From assembly GCA_951406725.2 (NCBI GenBank), contig OX597815.1:189844001-189908000 (forward strand): a DNA stretch of 64,000 nt, read 5' to 3'. Positions 1 to 13,467 of this stretch are shown piece after piece (position 1 is the first letter of the stretch; every line of letters starts with the position of its first letter). The position numbers and the translations under genes are program-made. The notes under the pieces were generated by a model. The model worked only from the letters and a program-made list of their open reading frames with translations. It had not been told where the DNA came from and made no database searches. Source of the DNA: Octopus vulgaris (taxonomy: Eukaryota).

Positions 1-152
1 GATTTCGATGTGAATTTAATTGAAAAGGATTATGATGATTCGGAGAGGTGTTGACCTCTTAGTTTGATGTTTTGAAATATTAATTTCATTGAAAGATTAT
101 TTTAAAATGTAAAATTTATAACTACTGGAGTATCGGAAGCGAAAAATGTAAA

Positions 153-253
<101 letters not shown>

Positions 254-307
254 GTATATATTGTGTGTGTGTGTGTGTGTGTGTATGTGTGTGTGTGTGT
301 ATGTATA

Positions 308-383
<76 letters not shown>

Positions 384-410
384 CACACACACACACACAC
401 AAAATTTTAC

Positions 411-715
411 AATGGAAAAGTTCTTAAGCAGATCAGGCCGAAAATGTCACTAGAAGCTAGGATCACCAAGCATAGATTGGCATATTTTGGTCATATTATG
501 AGGAGAAAATCCCTGGAGAAGGATATCATGCTCGGAATGGTCAGTGGCAAGAGAGGAAGAGGCCGACCAAGAACCCGCTGGCTTAACGCCATCAAGAGTG
601 ATACCGGAATGGACATAGCCAGTCTGAAAGAAGCAGCCCAGGATAGAACTGACTGGAGGACACTGATCCATGGCATAACCGAGAGTCGACTTCGACTGAG
701 CGGATAGATAGATAG
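411..715 (+). mobile_element. 3' fragment of RTE-clade (BovB-like) LINE with (GATA)n tail
   Basis: ORF 156..707 C-terminus [10 protein letters not shown]...[12 protein letters not shown]...DRTDWR is the typical RTE C-terminal motif; flanked by microsatellites. Confidence 0.85.
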
Positions 716-716
716 A

Positions 717-755
<39 letters not shown>

Positions 756-1049
756 TTAATAGTAGAGAATATAAAATTACAAGGCAACAGGGGAAAACAA
801 ACTCAATTTAGTAATACTAAATCAAGTTTAACGATATATTATATATATAAAGAATTAAGAAATAGAACCTCCATGAAATTAATTCAATTAATAGTGAAAG
901 ATATTATCAATAATAAAATTTAATTGTAACTATATTATTAATATTGTACTAACAGTTACTATACTAAATAATACTCATTAAATCGACTACGCGCGTTTCG
1001 TAACGATATATTTAAATTGACAATATCAAAATCAGTAATCTCCAAAATT

Positions 1050-2052
1050 TATATTAATATAATCTGTTGGTGCCAAATCAGGTAAGTATGGCGGGTGTGG
1101 CAGCACTTTGCAGTATTGCGTTCGAATGGCTTCCTTGGTCATATTGGCAATACGAGGCGCGGGCGTTGTCGTGCAGAAGAAGAACTCCATGCTGACGATT
1201 AGGGCTTTTCTCTTGAATAGTCGTGTTGAGTCATTCCATCTGTTGAGCATAGAGTTCCGAATTGGCCGTTTGGTTCCACTCAAGCAATTCGAAATGGATA
1301 ATCCCTTCCCAGTCCCACCATACGCACAACATCGTTTTACGAGGATGAAGAACTTGTTTCGCTAAGCCATTCCTTATGCTGCTTCATATTGATGTACCGG
1401 TACCATTTTTTTGTCACCAGTAACGATTTAGTAAAGAAATCATTGCTTGTGTCCATGAGTTGAGCGGTGATGAGCAAGCAAACCAGCAGAGATTGTGGCT
1501 CGTTGATTTTTGTTGTCACTTAAAGCATGCGGAACCCATGCTCGATACTGCTGAACATTTCCTATCGAGTGAAGATGCTTCTCTATAGCAGCGTGGTAGC
1601 ATTCCATTTTCCATGCCAGTTCCTTTGTCGTTTGATGAGAAGTTGGTTTAATCGCTCTTCATCGAACTCAACTAGATGGCCAGAACAAGGCGTGTTTTTG
1701 AGGTCAAAATTTCCATTTTTGAACTTGACATACCAATCATGAGCGGTTCTTTTAGTAATGGCACCCTCTCCATACACAGCACAAATGTCACGAGCAGCTT
1801 TTGCGGCCTTAGAGCCTTGATTCAAAGCAAAAAGAAGGAGGTGTCGAAAATGCTTATTTTCCTTAACTTGACATTGCATTTTAATGATCTGAAAATAAAC
1901 AAAAATAAACTAAAATTAACTAGAAAAAATACAAAACACATTCCAAAATTATTCAAAAATAGAATTCACGAAAAAAATAGATTCCAAAATTTAAAAACGC
2001 AATAAATTCCAAAATTTTAAAAAACGGCGGGAACTTAGTTGCCAACTCAATA
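1050..2052 (-). mobile_element. Decayed Tc1/mariner transposon
   Basis: ORF 1583..1879 HTH (AARDICAVYGEGAI...WYVKFKNG); ORF 1032..1283 has HPPYLPDLAPTDY (YSPDLAP-like); frameshifted. Confidence 0.9.
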
Positions 2053-2079
2053 TATGAACCATAACGCATATATGACAGA

Positions 2080-2461
2080 CTAGCAGTATCGCCCGGCGTT
2101 GCTCAGGTTTGTAAGGGAAATAACTATAAAGCATTTTTAGAGAGTTATAACCAAAAAATAGCAAAAAAATGGAAAAAAATGATGGTAAATTTTTTTGAGA
2201 GTTAAAAAAGGATGGAGTTGCGTCCCCTAGACAGTTTGTGGTTCGTGTTTCTGATTCTCGACCCCATGTCGAATTTATCGATTTTTTTCAGAACTGGGGA
2301 AACTTTTCAAAATTTTGGCTGCGTTAGTTTTGAATTATGACATTGGGCTATGTGTGTGTCAAGTTTCATCAGAATCAGTTGAAAGCCGTGGTCAGGGTGA
2401 GGGTACAAGCAAACAGACACACAGAAACACGCACAGACAAACTGCCGTTTATATATAGAGA
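2080..2461 (-). mobile_element. Non-autonomous Helitron
   Basis: Minus strand starts TC and ends with a GC hairpin about 11 nt before CTAG; homologous to 35098-35470. Confidence 0.8.
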
Positions 2462-2505
2462 TATATATATATATATAAAACATATATAATATATTACACA
2501 TATAT

Positions 2506-2674
<169 letters not shown>

Positions 2675-2974
2675 TATAGATATGATGCACAACGCACCAT
2701 ATGTTTAATAATCTGAAATGTTTAATAAGAAATATCTAATGATAAACAATACAAATTTTAGCTTAGCTTCTGCTGCGGTGTGCAATATAATACATCTGGA
2801 CAGTTGTAAGCAAATGTTTATCAATAATCTACAATGTTTACAGAACTTAGAGACATGTTATTACTATGAAACCTTCTGACATGTATGGTTGATCAACCAC
2901 ATTAAACTGTGGTTCGGGTTATATAATCACTGTTTATCTCAAATATATTAACATATTTCGTTTTTTGGATTTGG

Positions 2975-3245
2975 TTTGCAAGATTCTTTATATGAGTTCA
3001 TGTGTTGAAGCATATTCTATTGTGTCTGGGGAGAGTCATTTTCTTTTTGTGCCTTATTATGTAACACACACACCGGTAAAATTTCCACATTTTTCCACAA
3101 TTTTCAAAACTATTGAAAAGGTTGCAACACGCAACGAAAATTTTAAGAAAATAAAAATAAGAAAAACGTGGAAATTTTACCGGTGAGGGTGTTACATAAT
3201 AAGGTACAAAAAGAAAATTTTTCTCCCCAGACACAATAGAATATT
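2975..3245. repeat. Fold-back pLTR-like element with U3-A8 HHR-like motif (3110-3146, +)
   Basis: Arms gtgtctggggag...accggtaaaattt and its reverse complement; same family at 14680-15010, 23630-23830, 32797-33270. Confidence 0.75.
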
Positions 3246-3481
3246 AACATATATTAATATATATAACACTTTATACACTTCTGACTTGAACTTGGTATTT
3301 CTTTATGCAATAGTTTTTGGTTTCTCAATAGTTTAAAGTGAAGCAAAGATAATGTGATCTATTATTTGGGCCAAGATATACACACGACATAGAACAGAAA
3401 ATAAAAATATTGGTTTCAAATTTTCGTACAAGGCCAGCAGTTTTGGGGAAGGATCTAGGTTAATTACATCAACACGAATGT

Positions 3482-3780
3482 GGAGGCACATGGCTTAGTG
3501 GTTAAAACAGCGAACTCGCGGTCAAGGGATCGTGGGTTCGAATCTTTGACCGGGCGATATGTGTGTTTATGAGCGAAATACCTAAGCTCTACTCGACTCC
3601 GGCAGAAAGTAATGGTGAACTTCTGCTGACTCTTTCGCCACAACATTCTCTCACTCTTTCCTCCTGCATCTTGCAGCTCACCTGTGACGGACCGGCGTCC
3701 CATCCAGGTGAGGAAGCTATACCTCAAGGAAACCAGGAAACTGGCCCTTATGAGCCAGGTAGGGCTCGAGAAGGAACATT
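3482..3780 (+). mobile_element. tRNA-derived SINE
   Basis: A box TGGCTTAGTGG and B box GGTTCGAATC; related head at 26088. Confidence 0.75.
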
Positions 3781-3949
3781 AACACCAATGCTCAACTGAC
3801 ACTTAATTTATTATCCCCCGAGAGGAGGAAAAGTATAGTCGACTTCAGTGAAATTTGAACTCAGGACATAAAGATGGATGAAATGCTGCTAAGCACTTTG
3901 TCCAGTGCACAAACGATTCCGCCAGCTCAATGGCTTAGAAAGGACTAAT

Positions 3950-4200
3950 CGCCATCATCATCATCATCCTCATTTAACATCCGCTTTCCATGCGGGCATT
4001 GGTTGGATGGTTTGACTGAGCACTGGTGTGCCAGAAGGCTGCACCAGGCTCCAATCTGATCTGGTAGAGTTTCTACAGCTGGGTGCCCTTCTTAATACCA
4101 ACCACTCCGAGAGTGTAATGGGCGCTTTTTACGTGCCACTGACATGGGAGCCAATCAGGCAGCACTGGCATCGACCACGTTCAGATGGTACTTTTTACAT
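3950..4200 (-). mobile_element. RTE LINE 3' UTR fragment
   Basis: (CAT)n tail plus similarity to 59041-59290. Confidence 0.75.
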
Positions 4201-4347
4201 ATCCTGTGTTTCAATTACTTACCAAATTTCAACAGTAGAAGAAAAGTTACATACATAACAGTATTTTTAGTTCTGTATATAAGAGTTGAGGAATTATGTA
4301 CATTATTTACATTTGATGGATATTTGTCCTCATCTTGTTTGTTGTTA

Positions 4348-4391
4348 ACACAACGTTTCGGCTGATATACCATCCAGCCTTCATCAGGTGT
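4348..4391 (-). ncRNA. Minimal type I hammerhead ribozyme motif
   Basis: Minus strand: acac CTGATGA a ggctg-loop-cagcc GAAAC GTT gtgt; copy at 53313-53356. Confidence 0.8.
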
Positions 4392-5476
4392 CTTGGGGAA
4401 ATTTTGAACCTGGGTTCTCATTCCTAAGGTATTTTTCGATGTCATTATTATTATTGTGGTGGTGGTGGCAGTGGTGGTGATGGTGGTGGTGGTGGTGCTG
4501 GTGCTGTTGCTGCTGCTAGTAATAGTAGTATTAATAGTAATAGTAGTAGTAGAAGCAGCAACTTTATACAGTAATATATAGTTTTTTTTATAAACAAAAT
4601 ACAAATGATTCAATATTGACAGTATTATATGAAAGTGAAGTACTCACACACACACACACACACACATGCACATCAAACAGTAATTTCTTTCATACAACAG
4701 ATACACCTAGTGAAAGTGAATAATTAATTCATTAATAAATAATTAGACTCTTGTAATGCTAATAATGATTATCAAAATTAAATAACCATAGTATATAGCC
4801 ACATATGAAAAGCCTGCAATTAGACAGCAAAATGTCTAACAGTTGGCAAACTTTATATTTCATTATATTAATTCCATTGATTACAGTTTGAATACAATGG
4901 CCGTTAGAGTTATTAGTAAACACTGCTTAATTCTTGGCTTATGATGTTGTTAAATATTTTACATCTTTACATGGATTTGTGTGTGTGAAGACGTGTGTTG
5001 GTAGTTGGAGTAATTAGTGAAATAAGTTAGTTATTGGAATAAAATATTTCTTCTTCTTTCAATCATTTGTAAAATTGGTAAAATATGGATTTGGACAGTA
5101 TTGTTTCCGTTACTTTGTCATTGGTGTTGGTGTTGTTGCTGCCTTTGTTTAGCTTCAGATCAACCTTTATAATTGAGGGCACTCCAGCTGTAGCCAATCT
5201 GTCATATTTTTATATTTATTTTATATTTATATATATTTATGTATATTTATTTTATATTTATATATATTTTTTTCAAGTAAATTTCATCTAAGAACACATG
5301 TTGCAATATATTATTTCTATTTTTTAAAGTGTGATATGAAAGATATACAGCTGCTATTTCTAGCATATCTAGTAACTATATAGACCAGACATTCTCAACC
5401 AGGCTCCATGCAATCCCTGGGAGTACACATATAAGTTTTGAGTATTCGCACAAGCAAAATAGTAAATTTCTGTGTT

Positions 5477-5514
5477 CCTTTCTGTCGAAGAGCATAGGCT
5501 CGAAATGTAAAAGA
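5477..5514 (+). ncRNA. HHR-like motif, CUGUCGA core variant
   Basis: cttt CTGTCGA a gagc-atag-gctc GAAAT GTA aaag. Confidence 0.6.
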
Positions 5515-5704
5515 CTTTCTCACTTCCTGAGCATTAAGCTAATACATCAGTTTGTTGTTTACACACCCATCTTTGTCTTTTGTTTTTTCGTAAATTCTAC
5601 CTATATACTGTCACCTTTTATAGCATTTTATTTATATTCCTTCGATCTTATATAGCTCTAATACATCACAAATTTTTCTACACATATACATCTTTTATCT
5701 TTTA

Positions 5705-6203
5705 TCTTTCACTTGTTTCAGTCATTTGACTGCGGCCATGCTGGGTCACCACCTTTAGTCGAGCAAATTGACCCCAGGACTTATTCTTTGTAAGCCTGGT
5801 ACTTATTCTATCGGTCTTTTTTGCCGAACCGCTAAGTTACAGGGATATAAACATACCAGCATCGGTCGTCAAGCAATGTTGGGGGGACAAACACAGACAC
5901 ACTTATATATACATATATACAATGGGCTTCTTTCAGTTTAGTAGACGGAAACTGAAAGAAGCCTGTCGTATATATGTATATGTATGTGCGCGTATATGTT
6001 TGTGTGTTTGTATTTGTCCCTCCAACATCACTTGACAACCGATGCAGGTGTGCTTACATCCTGTAACTTAGTGGTTCGACAAAAGAGACCAATAGAATAA
6101 GTACTAGGCTTACAAAGAATAAGTCCTGGGGTCAATGTGCTCGACTAAAGGTGGTGCTCCAGCATGGCCACAGTCAAATGACTGAAACGAGTAAAAGAGT
6201 AAG
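5705..6203. mobile_element. Two partial copies of the major tRNA-derived SINE in inverted orientation
   Basis: 5705-5940 (-) and 5941-6203 (+) share the tail ...cagtcaaatgactgaaacaagtaaaagag. Confidence 0.85.
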
Positions 6204-6243
6204 AGTATATATATACACACACACACATATATATATATATATA

Positions 6244-6495
6244 AGGCCCCCGTGCCGGTGGCACGTAAAAAGCACCATCCGTCCGTGGCCGTTTGCCAGC
6301 TCCGTCTGGCTCCTGTGCGGGTGGCACGTAAAAAGCACCCACTACACTCACGGAGTGGTTGGCGTTAGGAAGGGCATCCAGCCATAGAAACACTGCCAGA
6401 TCAGACTGGGCCTCGTGCAGCCTTCTGGCTTCACAGACCCCAGTTGAAACGTCCAACCCATGCGGACGCTAAATGATGATGATGATGATGATGAT
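6244..6495 (+). mobile_element. RTE LINE 3' UTR fragment
   Basis: Closely matches the reverse complement of 59041-59297; (GAT)n tail; inserted in TA tract. Confidence 0.85.
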
Positions 6496-6718
6496 ATATA
6501 TTATATATATATATATGTGTGTATGTATGTATGTGTGTATAAACACACACACACACACACACTGATATATGTACATGTGTATGTGTGCATATACATTTGT
6601 TTTGTTTGTACATGTCTGTAATTGCCTTGTTATGCTCATGTTCATACATAGACATATATTGCAGTAGTATATGTGGAGATATACCATATATGGGGTATAA
6701 CGTATGTCAGCATGCATG

Positions 6719-6753
<35 letters not shown>

Positions 6754-9206
6754 ATACTGTATGTAAATTCATTTCTGTTTGGAAATTATTTTTACTATAG
6801 GATTACATTTAAGTATACATTCGTATTCATGTGAAACTATCTGTATATATATATATATGTGTGTGAACATGCATGTAATATCAATGTGTATACACATATA
6901 ATATATGTGAACTTGTGTATTTATGTCTGTGTATACTTATTAAAGAGATTTAATTCTTTGAAGTACAAAATCCATTAAAATAAACTTTAACATGAATTAA
7001 GTAATCTTGCTTAGTTTGACCGACTTCAAAGACTCAAAATGCACTCCATTAATTCTATTTCATACAGAATTAGAATTTTTAAGCACCTCATACCCTTACA
7101 CTTAATCAGTATCATATAAGAATAAATATATGGGATAAGGGTAAACTCTAGATATTAATTAAAATACTATGCATTCCTATTACATAGCTATCGGCTTCTC
7201 TATGAACAAAACTTCAAATGGAATAAAATATTTTAAAAGTTTTGCAAATTACAAAGAAATGTTATGCAGTTTTTTCAAAACATATTTTATTGTCGACCAC
7301 AATAAAATTTTTTCAAGAAAAAAAAAAAAGTAATTTTAGTGGAAACATTCATGTTTCTAGAACATTCAGACTGTTAAGAATATGTTAATTAAATCAAAAC
7401 AAAGAATTTCTTATATGTAACAAATTTACATTTAACGCCATTTATCTTCAAGCTGCCAAGATAGAAAAAGAAAAAGAAAAAAAGCTCAGATAAATTTTAC
7501 ATCACTTCAGATTGTGAAAGAGGAAGAATGTTCTGTTGCTAAACACTTGTTCCATAACTTGGAGCCAAATATCTCAATTCTTCTAAATACCAAAGCTGGT
7601 AACTTTGCTTGATGAAAGAAGTAAAGAAATAGAATAAAGTAGAGAAGAATATCAGTAAGTTCTCTACATATTTACATAAAGGTGAGAATGATAGACAGGC
7701 AGACAGAGACAGAGAAATAGAAGAGTATATGTATACCTGTGTAAGTATGTGTTTGTGTATATGTGATTTTATGTGTGTGTTTGCAGGGATGGGTGGGGCT
7801 GGAAATAAAGTAAGCAATAAAGTTTTAATTTGAAGGAACACAAGTTAATGATAGATTAATGATAGATAATTAATGATAAACAATAAAAGATAGGTGTGTA
7901 AGAAGCAGTCTATGAAGTTTACCTTAAAAGTGAGTTTCTCTCACATGTTTCCTTTCATTTGAAGTTTTATTCATAGAGAAGCTGAAAGTTGCGTAATAGG
8001 AACAGTTAGTATTTTAATTGATATCTCAAGTTTACCCTTATCCCATGTATTTATTCTTAAATGACACTGACTGAGTGGAAATTATATGTGCTTCTTAAAA
8101 GTTTTTCTAACACCAATTACAGCTAACTTTATAGATGAGAAAAACATCCTATTTATTTGTATGTCTATACTGTTGACTGTCTGCCTAACGTCATTGGATT
8201 TCGAATGACATGAAGAAACAAACCATCAATGTAGAGAAAGTAATTTTAATTGTGAATTACTGCATAGATTTTTATTCTACATGATGTCATCGTTGTTATT
8301 GCTTAGCCTATGAATTGGTAAAATCATTAGAGAGATGTCCAAAATATTGGTGGCATTTAGAAATGACTCTTTACATTCTGAGTTCAAATCCCACTGAGAT
8401 CAGTCTTACCTTTTATGCTTCCAAGCAAGGGCAATAAAGTGAAGTAGCAATCAAGTAATGGGGTTGATTTAATATTGTTATAAAGCACCCTAGATGTTAA
8501 TGGAATTATAATATAAGATGAAGGCTAGCCCCAGGTCAACGTTGATCAGGTAGACATATATTGGAATGGATTTCAACTATGACCACCTTGTAACTCCATC
8601 TCAAGGATTTGGTAATTAAATGTCGCTTCCTATTTTTAAGATGAAAGCCTGCAATTTGAGAGAAATTTTTCTGCTATTTCCTGCAGATCAAAAACACACA
8701 TCGAGGCTGTCTCCGTGGTTCATATTCTACTTGTAATGGTTTCCACTTCTTTTTAATTGTCACTTGTTTCAGTCATTGGACTGTGGCCATGCTGGGGCAC
8801 TATCTTGAAGGGCTTGGTTGATCATATCAACTCCGATATCTATTTTAAATCTGGCATATATTTCTTCAATCTCCTCTTGCCAGACAACTAAATTAAAGGA
8901 TGTTAATAAACCAGCAATAGTTATCAAGGAGTAAGGCACAAAGACAAACAGAAAGACCACACAGCCATACACAGGTATTGCTGTGTAGTTATGAAGTTTG
9001 CTTCCCATGCAAATGGTTTTGGGTTCATTGTGTGGCACCTTGTGCAAGTGTCTTCTACTATAGCCTTAAACCTACCAATGCCTTGTGAGTAGATGTGGTC
9101 GATGGAAACTTAAAAAAGCCTGTTGTATGTGTGTGTGTGTTTATATATATAACCCGTGCTAGCGCGGAAAACGGACGTTAAACGATAATGATGATGATGA
9201 TGATGA

Positions 9207-9246
<40 letters not shown>

Positions 9247-9248
<2 letters not shown>

Positions 9249-9594
9249 CATCCAAGCATGATCATTGCCAGGGCCGCTGACTGATTCCCATGCCAGTGGC
9301 ATGTAAAAAGCACCATTCAAACATGGTCATTACCAGCATCACCTTACTGGCACTTGTGCTGGTGGCACGTGAAAGACAACATTGAGCGAGGTCGTTGTCA
9401 GTACCGTCTGACTGGCCTTGGTGCCGGTGGCACGTAAAAGCACCCACTACACTCTTGGAGTGGTTGGCGTTAGGAACGGCATCCATCTGTAGAAACTCTG
9501 CCAAATCAAGATTGGAGCCAGTGCAGCCATTTGGCTTGCCAGTCCTCAGTCAACCCATGCCAGCATGGAAAGCAGACGTTAAATGATGATGATG
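9247..9594 (+). mobile_element. RTE-related 3' UTR fragment
   Basis: gtgccggtggcacgtaaaagcacccactacac... ending in (GAT)n. Confidence 0.8.
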
Positions 9595-10769
9595 AGGAGG
9601 AGGAAGTGGAGGAGGAGGAGGAGGAGGAGGAAGTGGAGGAGGAGGAGGATATATTGTTGCTTTTTTTTTAAACAGAGGAAAAGTACTTTTCCAAACTCAC
9701 AAATCATTCATCTGTGAAATGAGAGCGGACTTTATTTTTAAGCTCAGCAGGTTATGGAAAAGCAAGGCTAAGTTGTCTGTTTTAGAACACAGGACATCGC
9801 TTCTAAAAGATGTAAAATAAATATTGCAAAAACGTTCGCCAAATGTAATATCGTATATTAAATATTTTATTGACAGAAGCTCCAACTTGCATGGGGTTTC
9901 TTATATGAGATGTGTCTGTCACGAAAACTTCAGAAAATAGTTCATGACACGTAAGTTTGTCAGATGATATAGTCTAAAATGAAGTTTCTTATAGCTTATA
10001 GCATCATTCTTAAAGGGAAAAATAGAACATTATATGACAGAAACGTTAATGCAATAACTGTAAAATTTATGAACTCTTTCCTGCAGGACACAGGAGAAAA
10101 TATGTAACAGACCAATATAACTCCATGACCTCAAAAAAAATCAATCACATCAATCACAATTATCTGATACAAATTGAAGTATAATTTCTTGTCTCTTCAT
10201 AGTGCTAATATCCAGTCATTTTCACCCTGACATTAAATACTCAATAAATATCATTTTTCATTCATTTCTTTTTCAATAGACTATGACAAACATTCTTTAC
10301 GAATGAAAGAATCATGCCACAAAGATTCAAGGCAGAAACACAACATGGCAACGGAAATACAACAAATATCACAGAATCAGAAATAGAACAAGCATTTCTG
10401 AAGAAAGACATTATTGCAAATAGGGTACAATAAACATCAAAACACTCTAGAATTGACTGAAAGTGTAAGTAAAGACAACAGGAAAACCCATCATCATAAG
10501 AACATGTCAGATGCGTTTTCAATAATCAGCATCAATTATATAGTTTTCAGTTACTTCATCAGAATATTCTTTGCTTTCATTCTATTTATGTTATTAGAGT
10601 TGCATGGCATAGCTTTATGGTTATGGAGTTGGGTTATTAAACCATGTGGTTCCATGTTTGGTCTCAGAGCACATGCAGCACTTCATGCAACAGTTTTCTA
10701 CCATGGGTTTTAAGTTGACACCAATGTCTAGTGACTGAACATTGGTTGATGGAAGCAATATAGATACCC

Positions 10770-10905
<136 letters not shown>

Positions 10906-11049
10906 CCATTCGTCGGACAGTTTTGTTTTTGATAAAGCATATTACTCTACCTCTGGTATTTGAGTACTCTTTTTTCCACCTTGTTTCATATTTATGTGCT
11001 TACTCCAGTATATATATATATGCACATACATATATCGTTATCATTTATT

Positions 11050-11440
11050 TTTATCTTTTCCTTGTTTCAGTCATTAGACTGTGGCCATGCTGGGGCACTG
11101 CCTTGAAGAATTTTTAGTCAAATGAATCAAACCCGGTTCTTCTTATTATTTTTAACCCTGGTACGTATTCTATTGGTCTCTTTTACTGAACCACTAAGTT
11201 ACAGGGATGTAAACAGACCAACACTGTTTGTCAAGCAGTGGTGACAAGGTGGGACACAAGCGCAGACACAAAATACATGCGCGTATGCACACACATTCAG
11301 CGACAGGCTTCATTCAGTTTCCATTTACCAAATCCACTCACAAGTCTTTGGTTGCCCTGAGAATATAGCAGAAAACACTTGCCAAGCAATGGCGCCAAAC
11401 CTGGAGTTTAATGCTACTGAATTAAACTTCTTACTTCACA
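11050..11440 (-). mobile_element. Major tRNA-derived SINE (diverged)
   Basis: Same body and tail as other copies. Confidence 0.75.
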
Positions 11441-11472
11441 ACCACCGTGATGTTGCTTAAATTATGCAACAT

Positions 11473-11630
11473 GTGTGGTAAGTAGCTTGCTTACGAACCA
11501 CATGGTTCCGGGTTCAGTCCCACTGCATGACACCTTGGGCAAGTGTCTTCTACTATAGTCTCGGGCCAACCAAAGCCTTGTGAGTGGATTTGGTAGACGG
11601 AAACTGAAAGAAGACCGTCGTATATATGTG

Positions 11631-11661
<31 letters not shown>

Positions 11662-11876
11662 ATATGTTTGTGTGTCTGTGTTTGTCTACCCAACATCGAT
11701 TGACAACCGATGCTGGTGTGTTTATGTCCCTGTAACTTAGCAGTTTGGTAAAAGAGACTGATAGAATAAGTACTAGGCTTACAAAGAATAAGTCCCGGGG
11801 TCGATTTTCTCGACTAAAGGCGGTGCTCCAGCATGGCCACAGTCAAATGACTGAAACAAGTAAAAGAGTAAAGAGT
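11473..11876 (+). mobile_element. Major tRNA-derived SINE
   Basis: tgtggtaag...gggttcagtccc head, internal microsatellite, (gtaaaaga)n tail. Confidence 0.9.
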
Positions 11877-12405
11877 ATGTTTCCATAGCATTGTTATTTA
11901 TTTGTTCTTTTATGTGTTACATCACATGATTACATAATCAGACTATATCGTCAGGCATTTTAGACAGTTGACAGTAAAAAAAATGACTAGCAGAAATTTC
12001 ACTTCAAAGTTTATTTTACCTATAAATTGTTCAAAATGCCTGGAAAAAATGATCTGGTAATATAATTATGTAATGTAACACATTAATAAGCAAATAAATA
12101 AGCAGGCTACAGAAACATAAGTAGCATGATTTAAATAACAATGCTATTAATATTCTTTTATTATATTTTCCACCACGTTAAGTGTACTGTGATTGTTGTT
12201 AAGTATGATGGATTTACTGAGTACTTAATATCATAATTTAAGTAGTTAATATTGCACTGTCTCTTCTGTTGACTGTTTGATAGGCAGTGACTATCATCAG
12301 TATTCCTGCTGAGTATTCTGTTAGCCAAATACACACTTCAGTCACCTGAGTTAATCACCTGAGTTATTTGCCAGGACTATTTAGATCTCCACTACTTGGT
12401 ATATA

Positions 12406-12437
<32 letters not shown>

Positions 12438-13048
12438 AATTTAAATAAATTTAAATAATTTAAATTTTAAATTTTATATTTTATATATTTTGTAAATTAT
12501 TTTAATTATTTTTATTTTTATGTTTTGGTTTATGTTTTTCACTGTTTGATTTGCCTAATAGTGGTTTTATCACTAATTTAATTTATATATATATATATAT
12601 ATATATACATATATACACGTATATGTGTCTGTGTGTCTATGTATATATATGTAGAGAGAGAGAGAGAGAGAGAGAGAGATACAAACACACATACACGAAC
12701 ACACGTTCTCACTTTTAAGTTTACCTCTACAGATTTTGTATGCAATTCAGTGCTAGCAATGAAAGTTATGACCATTTGTATACAAATGTTTATGCAAGCA
12801 ATAAGATCAAAGATAGGGTAATTGGTGTATATGCATATTTCACATGGTTGGTGGGAAGGGGTAAGCTGAATAACATCGACCCCAGTGCTCAACTGGTACT
12901 TATTTTATCAACCCTGAATGGATGAAAGGTAAAGTCGACCTCAGCAGAATTTAAACTTAGAACATGAAGATGGAGGAAATATCACTAAGAATTTTGCCTG
13001 GCATGCTAATGATTCTACTAGCTTGCCACCTTTTCCTCTTATCTAATA

Positions 13049-13467
13049 CTAGCACTATAGCCCGGCGTTGCTCAGGTCTGTTTTTTAGTTGCACTTAAAA
13101 TGGCAGACTTTAGAATTGGAATTTTTGAAAAGTAAAACGTTTGCATTATGTAGCTTGTTATTCTCTTTAAGTGAACATTTTTCTGGTTGAAATACACCAA
13201 AAAATGGCGACACAGCAGTCAAAAAATCATTTAAAAAATAGAGATCTTCATAGAAAAAAAGCTCCTTTTTGATGTAAATAATTTTTGGTGTTAACATGGT
13301 CCAATTTGAATTTGTTCTTCTACAGAAGAAAGAGCAAGCCTTCTTCTATCACACTTTCAATTTTGGTCAACTTGCACCGCAGCGTGTCGGAGGAGATAAT
13401 GCTAGTTGAAGGCTACCAAACCTGCCACATACACACACACAGACAACTTCAGCTTTATATATATAGA
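13049..13467 (-). mobile_element. Non-autonomous Helitron (second subfamily)
   Basis: TC start and hairpin+CTAG end on minus strand; homologous to 51647-52040. Confidence 0.8.

Noticed and set aside
10280-10463. AG/GT-bounded candidate coding exon
   Set aside because: Frames examined contain stops and there is no recognisable homology
10501-10568. Minus-strand CTGATGA...GAAA motif
   Set aside because: Stem II is plausible but the cleavage triplet and stem I junction are decayed; not counted as an HHR
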